A stretch of DNA of 64,000 bases from an uncultured delta proteobacterium (GCA_963828255.1 CAWHDZ010000025.1:80627-144626), one strand, 5' to 3'; positions 30,705 through 40,019 are shown, counted from the first letter of the stretch. Numbers and translations are program-made. Notes: generated by a model not told the origin, from the letters alone.

Positions 30705-32180
30705 CTACGGGATCACGCGGGTGAGGTCGCTCCGGCCGGCCGTTGCGCTGGCCTTCGGGGCCCACAACGCACCGGCGCCGGAAGCGATCCCGTAAGGGCT
30801 GCTGGATGACACGAGCGGACCGAGACAGGTCTGGGTTCCGTTGCCCGTCGAGCCGAGCCAGACGCGGCACAGACCGTTCGTGCTGTGCATGGTCCAGAGG
30901 TTGGCGTCGGGCCCGTAGGCGAGGGCGGAGAAGGTCGCCGAGGTACCGGCAGAGTATGGCGCCGTCGAGGTGGTTCCGGTGATCTTGCAGATCCGCCCGA
31001 TGCCGCCGCTCGTGGTCACCACCCAAACGTCGCCGCTGGGTCCGGCCACCATGGGGCGGTTGGTTCCGAGGGTGCCGCAGGCACTGCTGAGCGTGAAGGA
31101 GCCCAGGCTCCTCTTTGCCACGCAATCGATTCGGCGGAGCCGGTCGGTCCGGTTCGTTCCCGTGTAGAGGTAGCAGCTCGTACCCTGCCTGACGGCCACG
31201 ATCGGGGAGACCCCGCTTCCGCTGCCGCCATTCGTGATCCTTCCCTGGGTCCTGGCGACCGGGTCGTACCAGACCACCCCGCTCGCGCTCGGCAGCGCGA
31301 ACCAGACCAGGCCGTTCGGGTCCACCGCGACCCCTTCCGGATTCCCTCCCCCCGTGATGGCGATCTCCGACCCGACGAGCGCGCCCGATGCATCCAGGCG
31401 CGCGATCCTGTTCACCGATCCGAGCGCCACCCAGATCTGGCTGCCGTCGGCGTTCGCGCCCACGCCAGTGGGAGCGGCGGAGAGGACCGCGGACTGGGTG
31501 ACCGTGCCCGCGGCGTCGACGATGAGGACTTTCCTGCCGGCGGTGTCGATGAAGAGTGCGCTCGTTCCGGTTCCGGCCATCCGGTAGCTCTGAGAGGCCA
31601 CCGACTGCATCCTGGAGGTCCACGGATCGACCCGGAAGGCGACGATCTGCCCCTTGAACGTGGAGCGCACCCCGCTCGTGAAGGTGAAGGCCCACGTCCT
31701 GTCCGTCGGGACGCCCGGCGTCAGGTCGCCGTACGACCAGAGCCCGCCGTTCGCCGCGGTGACGCCGGGGATCGCCGGGTCGCTGTTGCAGGCCGCAGCG
31801 GTCGACGGGGTGAGCGAGGTCATCTCGGCGTAGACCTTGGCGAGCACCGTCGGCGAGGAGAAGTTGGAGGTGACCCTCACCGTCCCGCCGGAGGTGGTGG
31901 TCGCGCCACAACCGACCTGGGCGTTCCACCAGAGCGTGTTGCCCGGTGCGTTCGCCACCGTCACGCCGGGCGTGCCGCTGGGGATGACCAGCGCGCTCAT
32001 CCCCAGGGCCTGACCGAGCGCCGTCGTCTCGGCCTGGATGGTGAAGGTCCCGGCGACCGCGTCCACCTCGCCGGAGAACGTGGCCAGGACCAGCGGCCGC
32101 GCATCCTCGGGTGTCCCTTGCGTGTCCTCGGCACCGCAGGCCGCGACCGCGAGCGCGACGACGATGAGCAGCCTCTTCAT
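30705..32180 (-). CDS. Lipoprotein with Vgb/NHL-like beta-propeller
   Basis: GGAGG RBS; MKRLLIVVALAVAAC lipobox; blades PEGVAVDPNGLVWF, AGPSGDVW, AYGPDANLW, PYGIASGAGALW. Confidence 0.75.
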   Translation of the reverse strand: MKRLLIVVALAVAACGAEDTQGTPEDARPLVLATFSGEVDAVAGTFTIQAETTALGQALGMSALVIPSGTPGVTVANAPGNTLWWNAQVGCGATTTSGGTVRVTSNFSSPTVLAKVYAEMTSLTPSTAAACNSDPAIPGVTAANGGLWSYGDLTPGVPTDRTWAFTFTSGVRSTFKGQIVAFRVDPWTSRMQSVASQSYRMAGTGTSALFIDTAGRKVLIVDAAGTVTQSAVLSAAPTGVGANADGSQIWVALGSVNRIARLDASGALVGSEIAITGGGNPEGVAVDPNGLVWFALPSASGVVWYDPVARTQGRITNGGSGSGVSPIVAVRQGTSCYLYTGTNRTDRLRRIDCVAKRSLGSFTLSSACGTLGTNRPMVAGPSGDVWVVTTSGGIGRICKITGTTSTAPYSAGTSATFSALAYGPDANLWTMHSTNGLCRVWLGSTGNGTQTCLGPLVSSSSPYGIASGAGALWAPKASATAGRSDLTRVIP

Positions 32181-32408
32181 TCCTCCCCCTCTGATGATCA
32201 TGAACCGCATGGGTTCATCTCTCGAATACTGGCTGATATCATGAACCCGGCTCTTCGCGAGTCCACTTCCTGGCGTTCGCCTGGCCCTGCCAGGCGCACC
32301 TACATGTCGGTGCGCCCACTGGACTGTCAGACCCCCGATCCAGGATGCAGGCTGCCGGTGTCGGCTCCCCGACCGTCGCCGGGCATTCCCTTCAGGAGGT
32401 CCTTCAAC

Positions 32409-32852
32409 ATGGCAGTGAAGGTGATGGTTGCCCCCGCGATCGCATCCGCCTTGGACGTGCCGTTGGCGCGCAAGGCCCGCGATCCGCTCGCTCCACCGAA
32501 GGTTCGCCGCCGCAAGTCCGCGGTCTACGACGCCGACGGCCACGAGGTCCTCATCACCCTGATGTGCCTCAAGTGCCATCAGATGAGGCCGCTGTCACAG
32601 TTCGGCCTGCGGCGAATGGCCGACGGCTCGATCCGCAACCAGCCCTGGTGCCGGGGGTGCCGGTCCGGTGCCGGCGCCGAGAAGCCCCGCCGCCGCGAGC
32701 AGGACGATGCCGGCCCGGACACGGACGCCGGGCCGACTCCCGAATCGGTCGTCGGAGCCGCCCCCACCGCCACCCTTCCCCAGCGCCCGGTCGACGCCGG
32801 CCAGATGGCCACGCAGATCGCCGCAGCCCTCGCTGGAGGCTGGCGGAAATAG
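32409..32852 (+). CDS. Small zinc-finger-like hypothetical protein
   Basis: AGGAGG RBS; CLKC...CRGC; basic N-terminus. Confidence 0.72.
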   Translation: MAVKVMVAPAIASALDVPLARKARDPLAPPKVRRRKSAVYDADGHEVLITLMCLKCHQMRPLSQFGLRRMADGSIRNQPWCRGCRSGAGAEKPRRREQDDAGPDTDAGPTPESVVGAAPTATLPQRPVDAGQMATQIAAALAGGWRK

Positions 32853-32897
32853 AGATTCCCCGGGTCACCCGGGGACTGTCGTGCGCTCGAAAGAGCC

Positions 32898-32935
32898 GAG
32901 GCCGCCCGCGGTATCGCGAGGCGGCCTCACCTTTT
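32898..32935 (+). terminator. Probable intrinsic terminator
   Basis: GAGGCCGCC-CGCG..CGCG-A-GGCGGCCTC stem followed by CTTTT. Confidence 0.55.
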
Positions 32936-33150
32936 CTGCGCATCTCCTGCGCGGGCGCGCCCCAAGAGGGATTTCACGACGCGACAACACCACTTTGGGT
33001 GTCCTGGTTTGACGACAATCAAAGGCACGCACGCTCCGTAATCCCCATGACGATCTGCGTTGTGCTTTGAAACGGGTCGGGTACGATTCGCCGTCTTTCC
33101 GAGCGCGCCAATCGAAGTTCCCGTCCAACCTTCAGCGGTAGGAGTTCTCA

Positions 33151-34485
33151 ATGGCCCAGAGCAATCTCAAGGCGAAGCTCCTCGAGAAGATCGAGGCGCA
33201 CCGCCCCAGGACCACGAAGCTCAACAAGGAGTTCGGCAACGTCGTCATCGACAAGGTGAACATCGGCCAGTGCATCGGCGGTGCTCGCGACATCCGCAGC
33301 CTGGTCACGGACATCTCGTACCTCGATCCCTTCGAGGGCATCCGCTTCCGCGGCAAGACGATCCCGGAGACCTTCGCGGCGCTGCCCAAGGTTCCCGGCA
33401 AGGAGCAGCCGTTCGTCGAGGGGTTCTTCTGGTTCCTGCTGACCGGCGAGGTCCCCACCGCGGCACAGACCCAGGAGGTCGTCGAGGACTGGAAGTCCCG
33501 GGCTCAGATTCCCCAGTACGTGATCGACGTGCTGCGCGTGATGCCCCGCGACTCGCACCCCATGACGATGCTCTCGACCGCGGTGCTGACGATGCAGCGC
33601 GACTCGATCTTCGCCAAGAAGTACGGCGAGGGCGGCCTCAAGAAGAACGACATGTGGGACCCGATGTACGAGGACTCGATGAACCTGCTGGCGAAGCTGC
33701 CGGCCATCGCCGCGTACATCTACCGGATGAAGTACAAGTCCGACGTCCAGATCCCGGCCGACCCGAAGCTCGACTGGGGCGGCAACTTCGCCCACATGAT
33801 GGGCGTGGCGCCTCCGTATGACGAGGTGGCCCGCATGTACTTCATCCTGCACTCGGACCACGAGTCGGGGAACGTGTCGGCGCACACCACGCACCTCGTG
33901 GCCTCGGCGCTGTCCGACGCGTACTACTCCTTCTCCGCCGGCCTGAACGGCCTGGCCGGCCCGCTGCACGGCCTGGCGAACCAGGAAGTGCTCGGCTGGA
34001 TCATGAACGTGATGAAGAAGCTCAACAACAAGGTGCCCACCAAGGAGGAGCTGGAGAAGTTCCTCTGGGACACCCTGAACGGCGGCTCGGTCATCCCGGG
34101 CTACGGCCACGCGGTGCTCCGCAAGACCGACCCGCGCTACGTCGCCCAGAACGAGTACTCGAAGAAGCACCTCCCCAACGACCCGATCTTCCAGCTCGTG
34201 AACATGATCTACGAGGTGGCGCCGGGCGTCCTCACCAAGCACGGCAAGACCAAGAACCCCTGGCCGAACGTCGACGCGCACTCGGGCGTCATCCAGTGGT
34301 ACTACGGCGTCCGCGAGTGGGACTTCTACACGGTCCTCTTCGGCGTCGGCCGCGCGCTGGGCGTGCTCGCCAACATCACCTGGGACCGCGGTCTCGGGTA
34401 TGCCATCGAGCGCCCCAAGTCGGTCACCACCGACATGCTCGAGCAGTGGGCCAAGGACGGCGGCCGCAAGGGCGCCGAGGACTAG
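33151..34485 (+). CDS. gltA: Citrate (Si)-synthase, eukaryote-like/Geobacter type
   Basis: HSDHESGNVSAH, GLAGPLHGLANQE, PGYGHAVLRKTDPR, NPWPNVDAHSG, IERPKS. Confidence 0.96.
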   Translation: MAQSNLKAKLLEKIEAHRPRTTKLNKEFGNVVIDKVNIGQCIGGARDIRSLVTDISYLDPFEGIRFRGKTIPETFAALPKVPGKEQPFVEGFFWFLLTGEVPTAAQTQEVVEDWKSRAQIPQYVIDVLRVMPRDSHPMTMLSTAVLTMQRDSIFAKKYGEGGLKKNDMWDPMYEDSMNLLAKLPAIAAYIYRMKYKSDVQIPADPKLDWGGNFAHMMGVAPPYDEVARMYFILHSDHESGNVSAHTTHLVASALSDAYYSFSAGLNGLAGPLHGLANQEVLGWIMNVMKKLNNKVPTKEELEKFLWDTLNGGSVIPGYGHAVLRKTDPRYVAQNEYSKKHLPNDPIFQLVNMIYEVAPGVLTKHGKTKNPWPNVDAHSGVIQWYYGVREWDFYTVLFGVGRALGVLANITWDRGLGYAIERPKSVTTDMLEQWAKDGGRKGAED

Positions 34486-34503
34486 GCTCGATCTCTCCCT
34501 GAC

Positions 34504-34543
34504 GTGAAGGGGGCCGCTCCGCGAGGGGCGGCCCTCTTTTCAC
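34504..34543 (+). terminator. Intrinsic terminator between convergent genes
   Basis: GGGCCGCTCC-GCGA-GGGGCGGCCC followed by TCTTTT. Confidence 0.8.
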
Positions 34544-35265
34544 GCCGCCCGCTCCTGGGCCACCCGCAGGAGGAACTCCTCCACGATCGCCATCGCCTCC
34601 TCCGGCCTCCGCTGCAGGACGAGGTGCGGCGTGTCGAGCATGCGCACCTCGACCCGCGGCTGCAGCGCCCGGATCTCCGACGGGAGCGTCGGTCGCAGCA
34701 ACCGGTCCTTCTTTCCCCCCAGGAAGAGGAGCGGGACGGGGCACTTCCGCAGCGCCTCCGACGCATCCACCGCGAGCGCCTCGCGGGCCCGCGCGGCCAT
34801 CACCCGGGCCGGCACGGGGCGCACCGCCTCCCGGACCTCCTCCACCAGGTCCGGCGGCGCATCTCCTCCGGCGAGCAGCAACCGGACCACGTGGGGCGGC
34901 AGGGGCAGCCGGAAGAAGGCCGGCCCGAGCGGCGCCGCCCGGGCGATGAGCGCGTTCGCCGGCTTCCGGTGGAAGGTCGCGGCCAGCACCACGCCCACGA
35001 GCCCCTCCGGCCTCGCCGACGCCACCCGCAGCGAAAGCGGCCCGCCGAACGACTCACCCAGGATCGCGAACGGCTCACCCCGGGGAAGCTTCGACCGCAC
35101 CAGCGTCTCGAGGTCGGCGTAGCCGAGGAAGCGGTCCTGCGGATACGGCACCCGCCGGAAGTCCAGCGCGCCAGTCGCCACCGCGAGGAAGCGCGCGAAG
35201 AGGTTGGTGCTCCCGTCGAGCCCGGGGAGCAGCAGGACGGGAAGCGGCTTCGCCCTCGCGGTCAC
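34540..35265 (-). CDS. Alpha/beta hydrolase
   Basis: LLPGLDGS, GESFGG nucleophile elbow, D and H near the C-terminus. Confidence 0.85.
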   Translation of the reverse strand: MTARAKPLPVLLLPGLDGSTNLFARFLAVATGALDFRRVPYPQDRFLGYADLETLVRSKLPRGEPFAILGESFGGPLSLRVASARPEGLVGVVLAATFHRKPANALIARAAPLGPAFFRLPLPPHVVRLLLAGGDAPPDLVEEVREAVRPVPARVMAARAREALAVDASEALRKCPVPLLFLGGKKDRLLRPTLPSEIRALQPRVEVRMLDTPHLVLQRRPEEAMAIVEEFLLRVAQERAA

Positions 35266-35277
35266 CAGCCGATCATC

Positions 35278-35631
35278 TCAGAAAAAGAACCGGTCCGGTA
35301 CGCCCCGCGTCCACTCCAGGATGGTGGGCCACCCCACCACCGCGTCGACCACCTGCTGCGCCACCCCCGGGTCGAGCCCCGACTCCACGAGCCCTGCCGA
35401 GCAGGCGAGCAGCCTGCACGTCCCGGCGCCACGGGCCTGGAAGAGCGCCCGCGCCGGGCCTTCGTCGCGCTCCTCCGCGGCCTCCACGACGGCGCCAACC
35501 GCCTGTCCCAGCAGGAAGACGTCCACCCGGTCCCCCATGGCTGCCGCGGCGAGCGCGCAGGAACCGGCCATCCGGAGCGAGCCCTCGTCGGCCCGGGAGA
35601 GAAACACGATGGTGCGCCGGTCGCTCGTCAC
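35278..35631 (-). CDS. DsrE/peroxiredoxin-like small protein
   Basis: ALAAAAMGDRVDVFL...RLLACSAG...VVGWPTIL; GTG start with AGGGG RBS. Confidence 0.65.
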   Translation of the reverse strand: MTSDRRTIVFLSRADEGSLRMAGSCALAAAAMGDRVDVFLLGQAVGAVVEAAEERDEGPARALFQARGAGTCRLLACSAGLVESGLDPGVAQQVVDAVVGWPTILEWTRGVPDRFFF

Positions 35632-35670
35632 GATTCCCCTGCTTTCGCGCCGTGTTATAACCCGCGCGCC

Positions 35671-37305
35671 ATGTCCGAAGAGAAGAAGCGCGAAGCCGGC
35701 CCGGTCGTCGTCCGCAAGGGCCACGTGAAGCCCCCTCCCCCTGGCGTGAAGATCGAGACGCCGGTGGAGGAGCAACTCGGCGCTGCAGATGCCCCCGCGG
35801 CGCCCGCCGCCGAGGATCGACGGCCGCTCTGGCAGCGCCTCGCCGACCAGAAGTCCGCCGAGATCGCCGGCGCGACGGCTGCACCCGCATCGCGGTCCGC
35901 GGCGGCCGGCGCCGCTTCGCCGTCACAGCCCCCCCGCCCCCCGCGCCCGCCCCGCCCTTCCGGTTTCGGCGGTCCCGGCGATCGCGGTCCCCGGCGCGAC
36001 GGCGGTCCGCGCGACCGACGCGAGCCGCGGCGCGACGCCGGGCCCCGCGAGCCGCCCCCGCCCCAGCTTCCCCCCGGCGAGCCGCCTCCTCCGGCGCCCG
36101 AGGCTCCGGTCGCCGACGAGGGCTCCTTCGCCGACATGTACGCCGACGCGGCCGCGGCGGCCCGCCCGCGCCGCCGCTTCCAGCCCGGCGAGAAGGTGGC
36201 CGGCAAGATCCTCCAGATCGGCCAGGACATGGCCTTCCTGGAGCTCGGCTCCGGCCTCGCCGACGGGATGATCGAGACCATCGAGCTGCAGGACGACGAC
36301 GGCAAGCTCGAGTTCCAGGCCGGCGACATCATCGACGGCGTGGTGGTGAAGGGCGGCGAGCGCGGCGTGGTGGTGAGCCGCGGCAAGGCCAAGGTCCACT
36401 CCGACCGCCGCGCCGTCATCGAGGCCGCCCAGACCGGCCTCCCGGTGGAAGGGGTCGTCACCGCGGCCAACAAGGGCGGCATCGAGGTGGACGTGATGGG
36501 CCAGCGGGCCTTCTGCCCCATGTCCCAGATCGACATCCGCTTCGTGGGCGACCCGACCACGCTCGTGGGGCAGCGCTTCCAGTTCCGCGTCCAGAAGGCC
36601 GACGAGCGGGACATCGTCCTCTCCCGCCGCGCGCTGCTCGAGGAGGAGCGCGCCGACCAGGCCAGGAAGACCCGCGAGCGGCTCGAGCCGGGAGCGGCCT
36701 TCGAGGGCACGGTCACGAGCGTCCAGGACTACGGCGCCTTCATCGACATCGGCGGCATCGAGGGGCTGGTCCACGTCTCCGAGCTGGCCTGGGACCGGGT
36801 GTCGAAGCCCGGCGACCTGCTCCGGCAGGGCGACAAGGTCCAGGTGCAGGTCCTCAAGATCGAGGAGGACGCCAGGAAGGGCACGCGCATCTCGCTCAGC
36901 GTGAAGGCGCTCGTCCCCCGCCCCGAGCCGGTGGCCGCGCCGCCCCGCCCGGTCAACGCCCCGCCTCCGCCCCCCAAGGTCGGCGACGTGGTGAAGGGCA
37001 CGGTGGATCGCATCGAGCCCTACGGCGTCTTCGTCCGCTTCGCCGGCGGCCGCGGCCTCGTCCCCGCCTCCGAGACCGGCACGCCGCGCGGCCAGGATCT
37101 GAAGAAGGCCTTCCCGACCGGCGCCGAGATCACCGTCCTCGTCACCGACATCGACGAGCGCGGCCGGATCCGGCTCTCCCGCACCCAGGCCGACGCCGCC
37201 GACGAGCGGCGCGAGGCCAACGAGTACATGGCCAAGGCCCCCCGGGCCAGCGGCAAGGGCTTCGGAACACTGGGCGATCTGCTGAGGAGCAAGCTCAAGG
37301 GCTGA
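35671..37305 (+). CDS. Multi-S1-domain RNA-binding protein (RpsA-like) with Pro/Arg-rich N-terminal extension
   Basis: S1 repeats (AFCPMSQID; DYGAFIDIGGIEGLVHVSEL; PYGVFV); C-terminal GFGTLGDLL. Confidence 0.88.
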   Translation: MSEEKKREAGPVVVRKGHVKPPPPGVKIETPVEEQLGAADAPAAPAAEDRRPLWQRLADQKSAEIAGATAAPASRSAAAGAASPSQPPRPPRPPRPSGFGGPGDRGPRRDGGPRDRREPRRDAGPREPPPPQLPPGEPPPPAPEAPVADEGSFADMYADAAAAARPRRRFQPGEKVAGKILQIGQDMAFLELGSGLADGMIETIELQDDDGKLEFQAGDIIDGVVVKGGERGVVVSRGKAKVHSDRRAVIEAAQTGLPVEGVVTAANKGGIEVDVMGQRAFCPMSQIDIRFVGDPTTLVGQRFQFRVQKADERDIVLSRRALLEEERADQARKTRERLEPGAAFEGTVTSVQDYGAFIDIGGIEGLVHVSELAWDRVSKPGDLLRQGDKVQVQVLKIEEDARKGTRISLSVKALVPRPEPVAAPPRPVNAPPPPPKVGDVVKGTVDRIEPYGVFVRFAGGRGLVPASETGTPRGQDLKKAFPTGAEITVLVTDIDERGRIRLSRTQADAADERREANEYMAKAPRASGKGFGTLGDLLRSKLKG

Positions 37306-37424
37306 CGGCTGTCCGGGCGCCGTCCGGACCCGTCGGAACACTTCAAACCGCGGGGCCCCCTGTGCTATCAAAGGGGGTCCTCGCGAGCCCATTTTCCCCT
37401 TCCATCGTCAAGGGAGTCCCGAGC

Positions 37425-39221
37425 ATGTCCTCGACCGCCGCGCCCACGAAGAACCCCCACCTGCTGGCCTGGGTGGACGAGATGGCGAAGCTCACCACGC
37501 CCGACAAGATCCTCTGGCTCGACGGCTCCGATAGGGAGCGCCAGGAACTGATCGCCCAGGCGGTCGTGGACAAGGTGCTCATCCCGCTCGACCAGAAGAA
37601 GTGGCCGGGCTGCTACTACCACCACTCGAACAAGAACGACGTCGCCCGCGTCGAGCACCTCACCATCATCTGCACGCCCACCAAGGAGGAGGCCGGCCCC
37701 ACCAACACCTGGGTCGCCCCCGCCGAGATGTACGCGAAGATGCGTGGCCTCTTCGCCGGCTGCATGAAGGGGCGCACCATGTACGTGACGCCCTACGTGA
37801 TGGGGCCCGCCGACTCGCCGTTCGCCAAGGTGGGCATCGAGCTCACCGACTCGGTCTACGTGGCGCTCAACATGGGCCTCATGACCCGCATGGGCAAGGT
37901 GGCCCTCGACCGGCTCGGCGACAAGAACGACTTCAACAAGGGGCTCCACGCGGTCGCCGAGTGCGACCCCGAGAAGCGCTTCATCACCCACTTCCCGCAG
38001 GACAACACCATCTGGTCGGTGGGGTCGGGATACGGCGGCAACGCGCTCCTCGGCAAGAAGTGCCTGGCGCTCCGCATCGGCTCCTACCTGGCCAGGAAGG
38101 AGGGCTGGCTCGCCGAGCACATGCTCATCCTCGAGGCCGAGAGCCCCGAGGGGGAGATCAGCTACGTGGCGGCGGCCTTCCCGTCGGCCTGCGGCAAGAC
38201 GAACTTCGCCATGCTCATCCCCCCGCAGGAGTTCGCGGGCTGGAAGATCCGCACCGTGGGCGACGACATCGCCTGGATGCGCGTCGGACCCGACGGCCGC
38301 CTCTGGGCGGTGAACCCCGAGGCCGGTTACTTCGGCGTGGTCCCGGGCACCAACAACAAGACCAACCCCAACGCCATGGCGAGCATGACCCGCGACACGT
38401 TCTTCACGAACGTGGCCCGCACCGTGGACGGCGACGTCTGGTGGGAGGGGCACGACGCCCCGCCCCCCGAGACCTGCATCGACTGGAAGGGCGACGTCTG
38501 GAAGAAGGGGAGCGCCGACAAGGCGGCCCACCCGAACAGCCGGTTCACCGCCCCGATGGTCAACAACCCGGCCATCTCCCGCTTCGCCAGCGACCCGCGG
38601 GGGGTGCCCATCAGCGCCCTCATCTTCGGCGGCCGCCGCGCCAACACGGTCCCGCTCGTGCTCCAGTCCTTCAACTGGACCCACGGCGTCTACCTGGGCG
38701 CCACCATGGGCTCCGAGACCACCGCCGCCGCCACCAGCGCGGTGGGCGTGGTCCGCCGCGACCCCATGGCCATGCTGCCCTTCCTGGGCTACGACGCCGG
38801 CAGCTACCTGCAGCACTGGCTCGACATGCAGGACCGCATCCCCAACCCGCCCAAGATCTTCATGGTGAACTGGTTCCGCAAGAACGCGGACGGCAAGTTC
38901 GTCTGGCCGGGATACGGCGACAACATGCGGGTCCTCAAGTGGATCCTCGACCGCTCCCACGGCCGCACCAACGCCCAGGAGACGGTCATCGGCTGGACGC
39001 CGGTCGCGGGCGACATCGACATGGCCGGGCTCGACGTCCCCAAGGAGTCGGTCGAGCAGGCCACCCGCATCGACCTGGGCGAATGGCAGTACGAGCTCGA
39101 GGACACCAAGGAGTGGTTCGACAAGATCGGCAAGACGCTGCCCGCCCAGCTCGAGCTGGAGCGGCAGCTTCTCCTCGCGTCCGTGAAGAACGCGCGGGCG
39201 GTGGCGGCCGGGAAGAAGTAG
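37425..39221 (+). CDS. pckG: Phosphoenolpyruvate carboxykinase (GTP)
   Basis: GYGGNALLGKKC, AFPSACGKTN, GDDIAW, HPNSRF, DPMAMLPF. Confidence 0.96.
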   Translation: MSSTAAPTKNPHLLAWVDEMAKLTTPDKILWLDGSDRERQELIAQAVVDKVLIPLDQKKWPGCYYHHSNKNDVARVEHLTIICTPTKEEAGPTNTWVAPAEMYAKMRGLFAGCMKGRTMYVTPYVMGPADSPFAKVGIELTDSVYVALNMGLMTRMGKVALDRLGDKNDFNKGLHAVAECDPEKRFITHFPQDNTIWSVGSGYGGNALLGKKCLALRIGSYLARKEGWLAEHMLILEAESPEGEISYVAAAFPSACGKTNFAMLIPPQEFAGWKIRTVGDDIAWMRVGPDGRLWAVNPEAGYFGVVPGTNNKTNPNAMASMTRDTFFTNVARTVDGDVWWEGHDAPPPETCIDWKGDVWKKGSADKAAHPNSRFTAPMVNNPAISRFASDPRGVPISALIFGGRRANTVPLVLQSFNWTHGVYLGATMGSETTAAATSAVGVVRRDPMAMLPFLGYDAGSYLQHWLDMQDRIPNPPKIFMVNWFRKNADGKFVWPGYGDNMRVLKWILDRSHGRTNAQETVIGWTPVAGDIDMAGLDVPKESVEQATRIDLGEWQYELEDTKEWFDKIGKTLPAQLELERQLLLASVKNARAVAAGKK

Positions 39222-39230
39222 ATCCCGGGC

Positions 39231-39968
39231 GTGTGCACGCTCGCACTCGCCTTCCACGCCGACCGGCGCTGGCCGCTCGTCGTCGCAGCCAACCGCGACG
39301 AGCGGCTCGCCCGCCCCTCCGAGGACTGGGCCCTGCGCGCGCCTCCAGGCGCGCCCCGGCACGCCGCGCCCCGCGATGCGGTGGCGGGCGGCACCTGGAT
39401 CGGGGTGGGCGCCACCGGCCTCTTCGCCGGCATCACGAACTTCCACTCGTCGCCCGGCCACCCTCCCGATCCCACCCGGAGGAGCCGCGGGGAGATCGTG
39501 GCCCGCGTGCTGGGCCAGCCGTCGGCCGCCGCGGCCCGGGATCTCTGCGTGCGCACCGAGGCGAGCCTCCATAACCCCTTCCACCTGATGGTCGCCGACG
39601 CGGCGTCGGCGTTCCTCTGGTGGTTCGACGGCGAGGCCTCCTCCCTCGAGGACCTGGGGCCCGGCCTCCACGTCGCCACCGAGCGGTCGCCCCAGGGCCG
39701 CGACCCCCGTGGCGAGGCCCTGCGGGCCCGCTGGCCGGTCGATCCATCGCCGGTCCGGCTGCGGGAGCTCCTCGGCAGCCACGCCCTGCCCCCCGGCCCC
39801 GGCGTCTGCGTCCACCACGGCGACGTCTACGGAACCCGCTCCTCGGCGGTGATCCGGCTCGCCCCGGCCCTGCACCACTCCGAGCTCTACGCCGCCGACG
39901 GCCCTCCCTGCACGACCCCCTTCGAGGACCGTTCCGACCTGCTCGTGGCCCTCTCCCGGCCGGCCTGA
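39231..39968 (+). CDS. NRDE/TANGO2 family protein
   Basis: MCTL...AANRDE...GGTWIG...SRG...YGTRSS. Confidence 0.9.
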   Translation: MCTLALAFHADRRWPLVVAANRDERLARPSEDWALRAPPGAPRHAAPRDAVAGGTWIGVGATGLFAGITNFHSSPGHPPDPTRRSRGEIVARVLGQPSAAAARDLCVRTEASLHNPFHLMVADAASAFLWWFDGEASSLEDLGPGLHVATERSPQGRDPRGEALRARWPVDPSPVRLRELLGSHALPPGPGVCVHHGDVYGTRSSAVIRLAPALHHSELYAADGPPCTTPFEDRSDLLVALSRPA

Positions 39969-40019
39969 CGGCGTCGAGGCGCCCTTGACGCCGCCCCTCC
40001 CCGCCGGCATCTATCCGGC

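Noticed and set aside
24534..32180. Conventional lasso peptide cluster
   Set aside because: No asparagine-synthetase-like cyclase in the window; the core lacks a typical first residue and plug residues
34504..35670. N-terminal extension of the 933-aa S1 ORF
   Set aside because: Overlaps two credible minus-strand genes; real start taken as 35671
37368..40010. 880-aa minus-strand ORF
   Set aside because: Antisense to pckG and the NRDE gene
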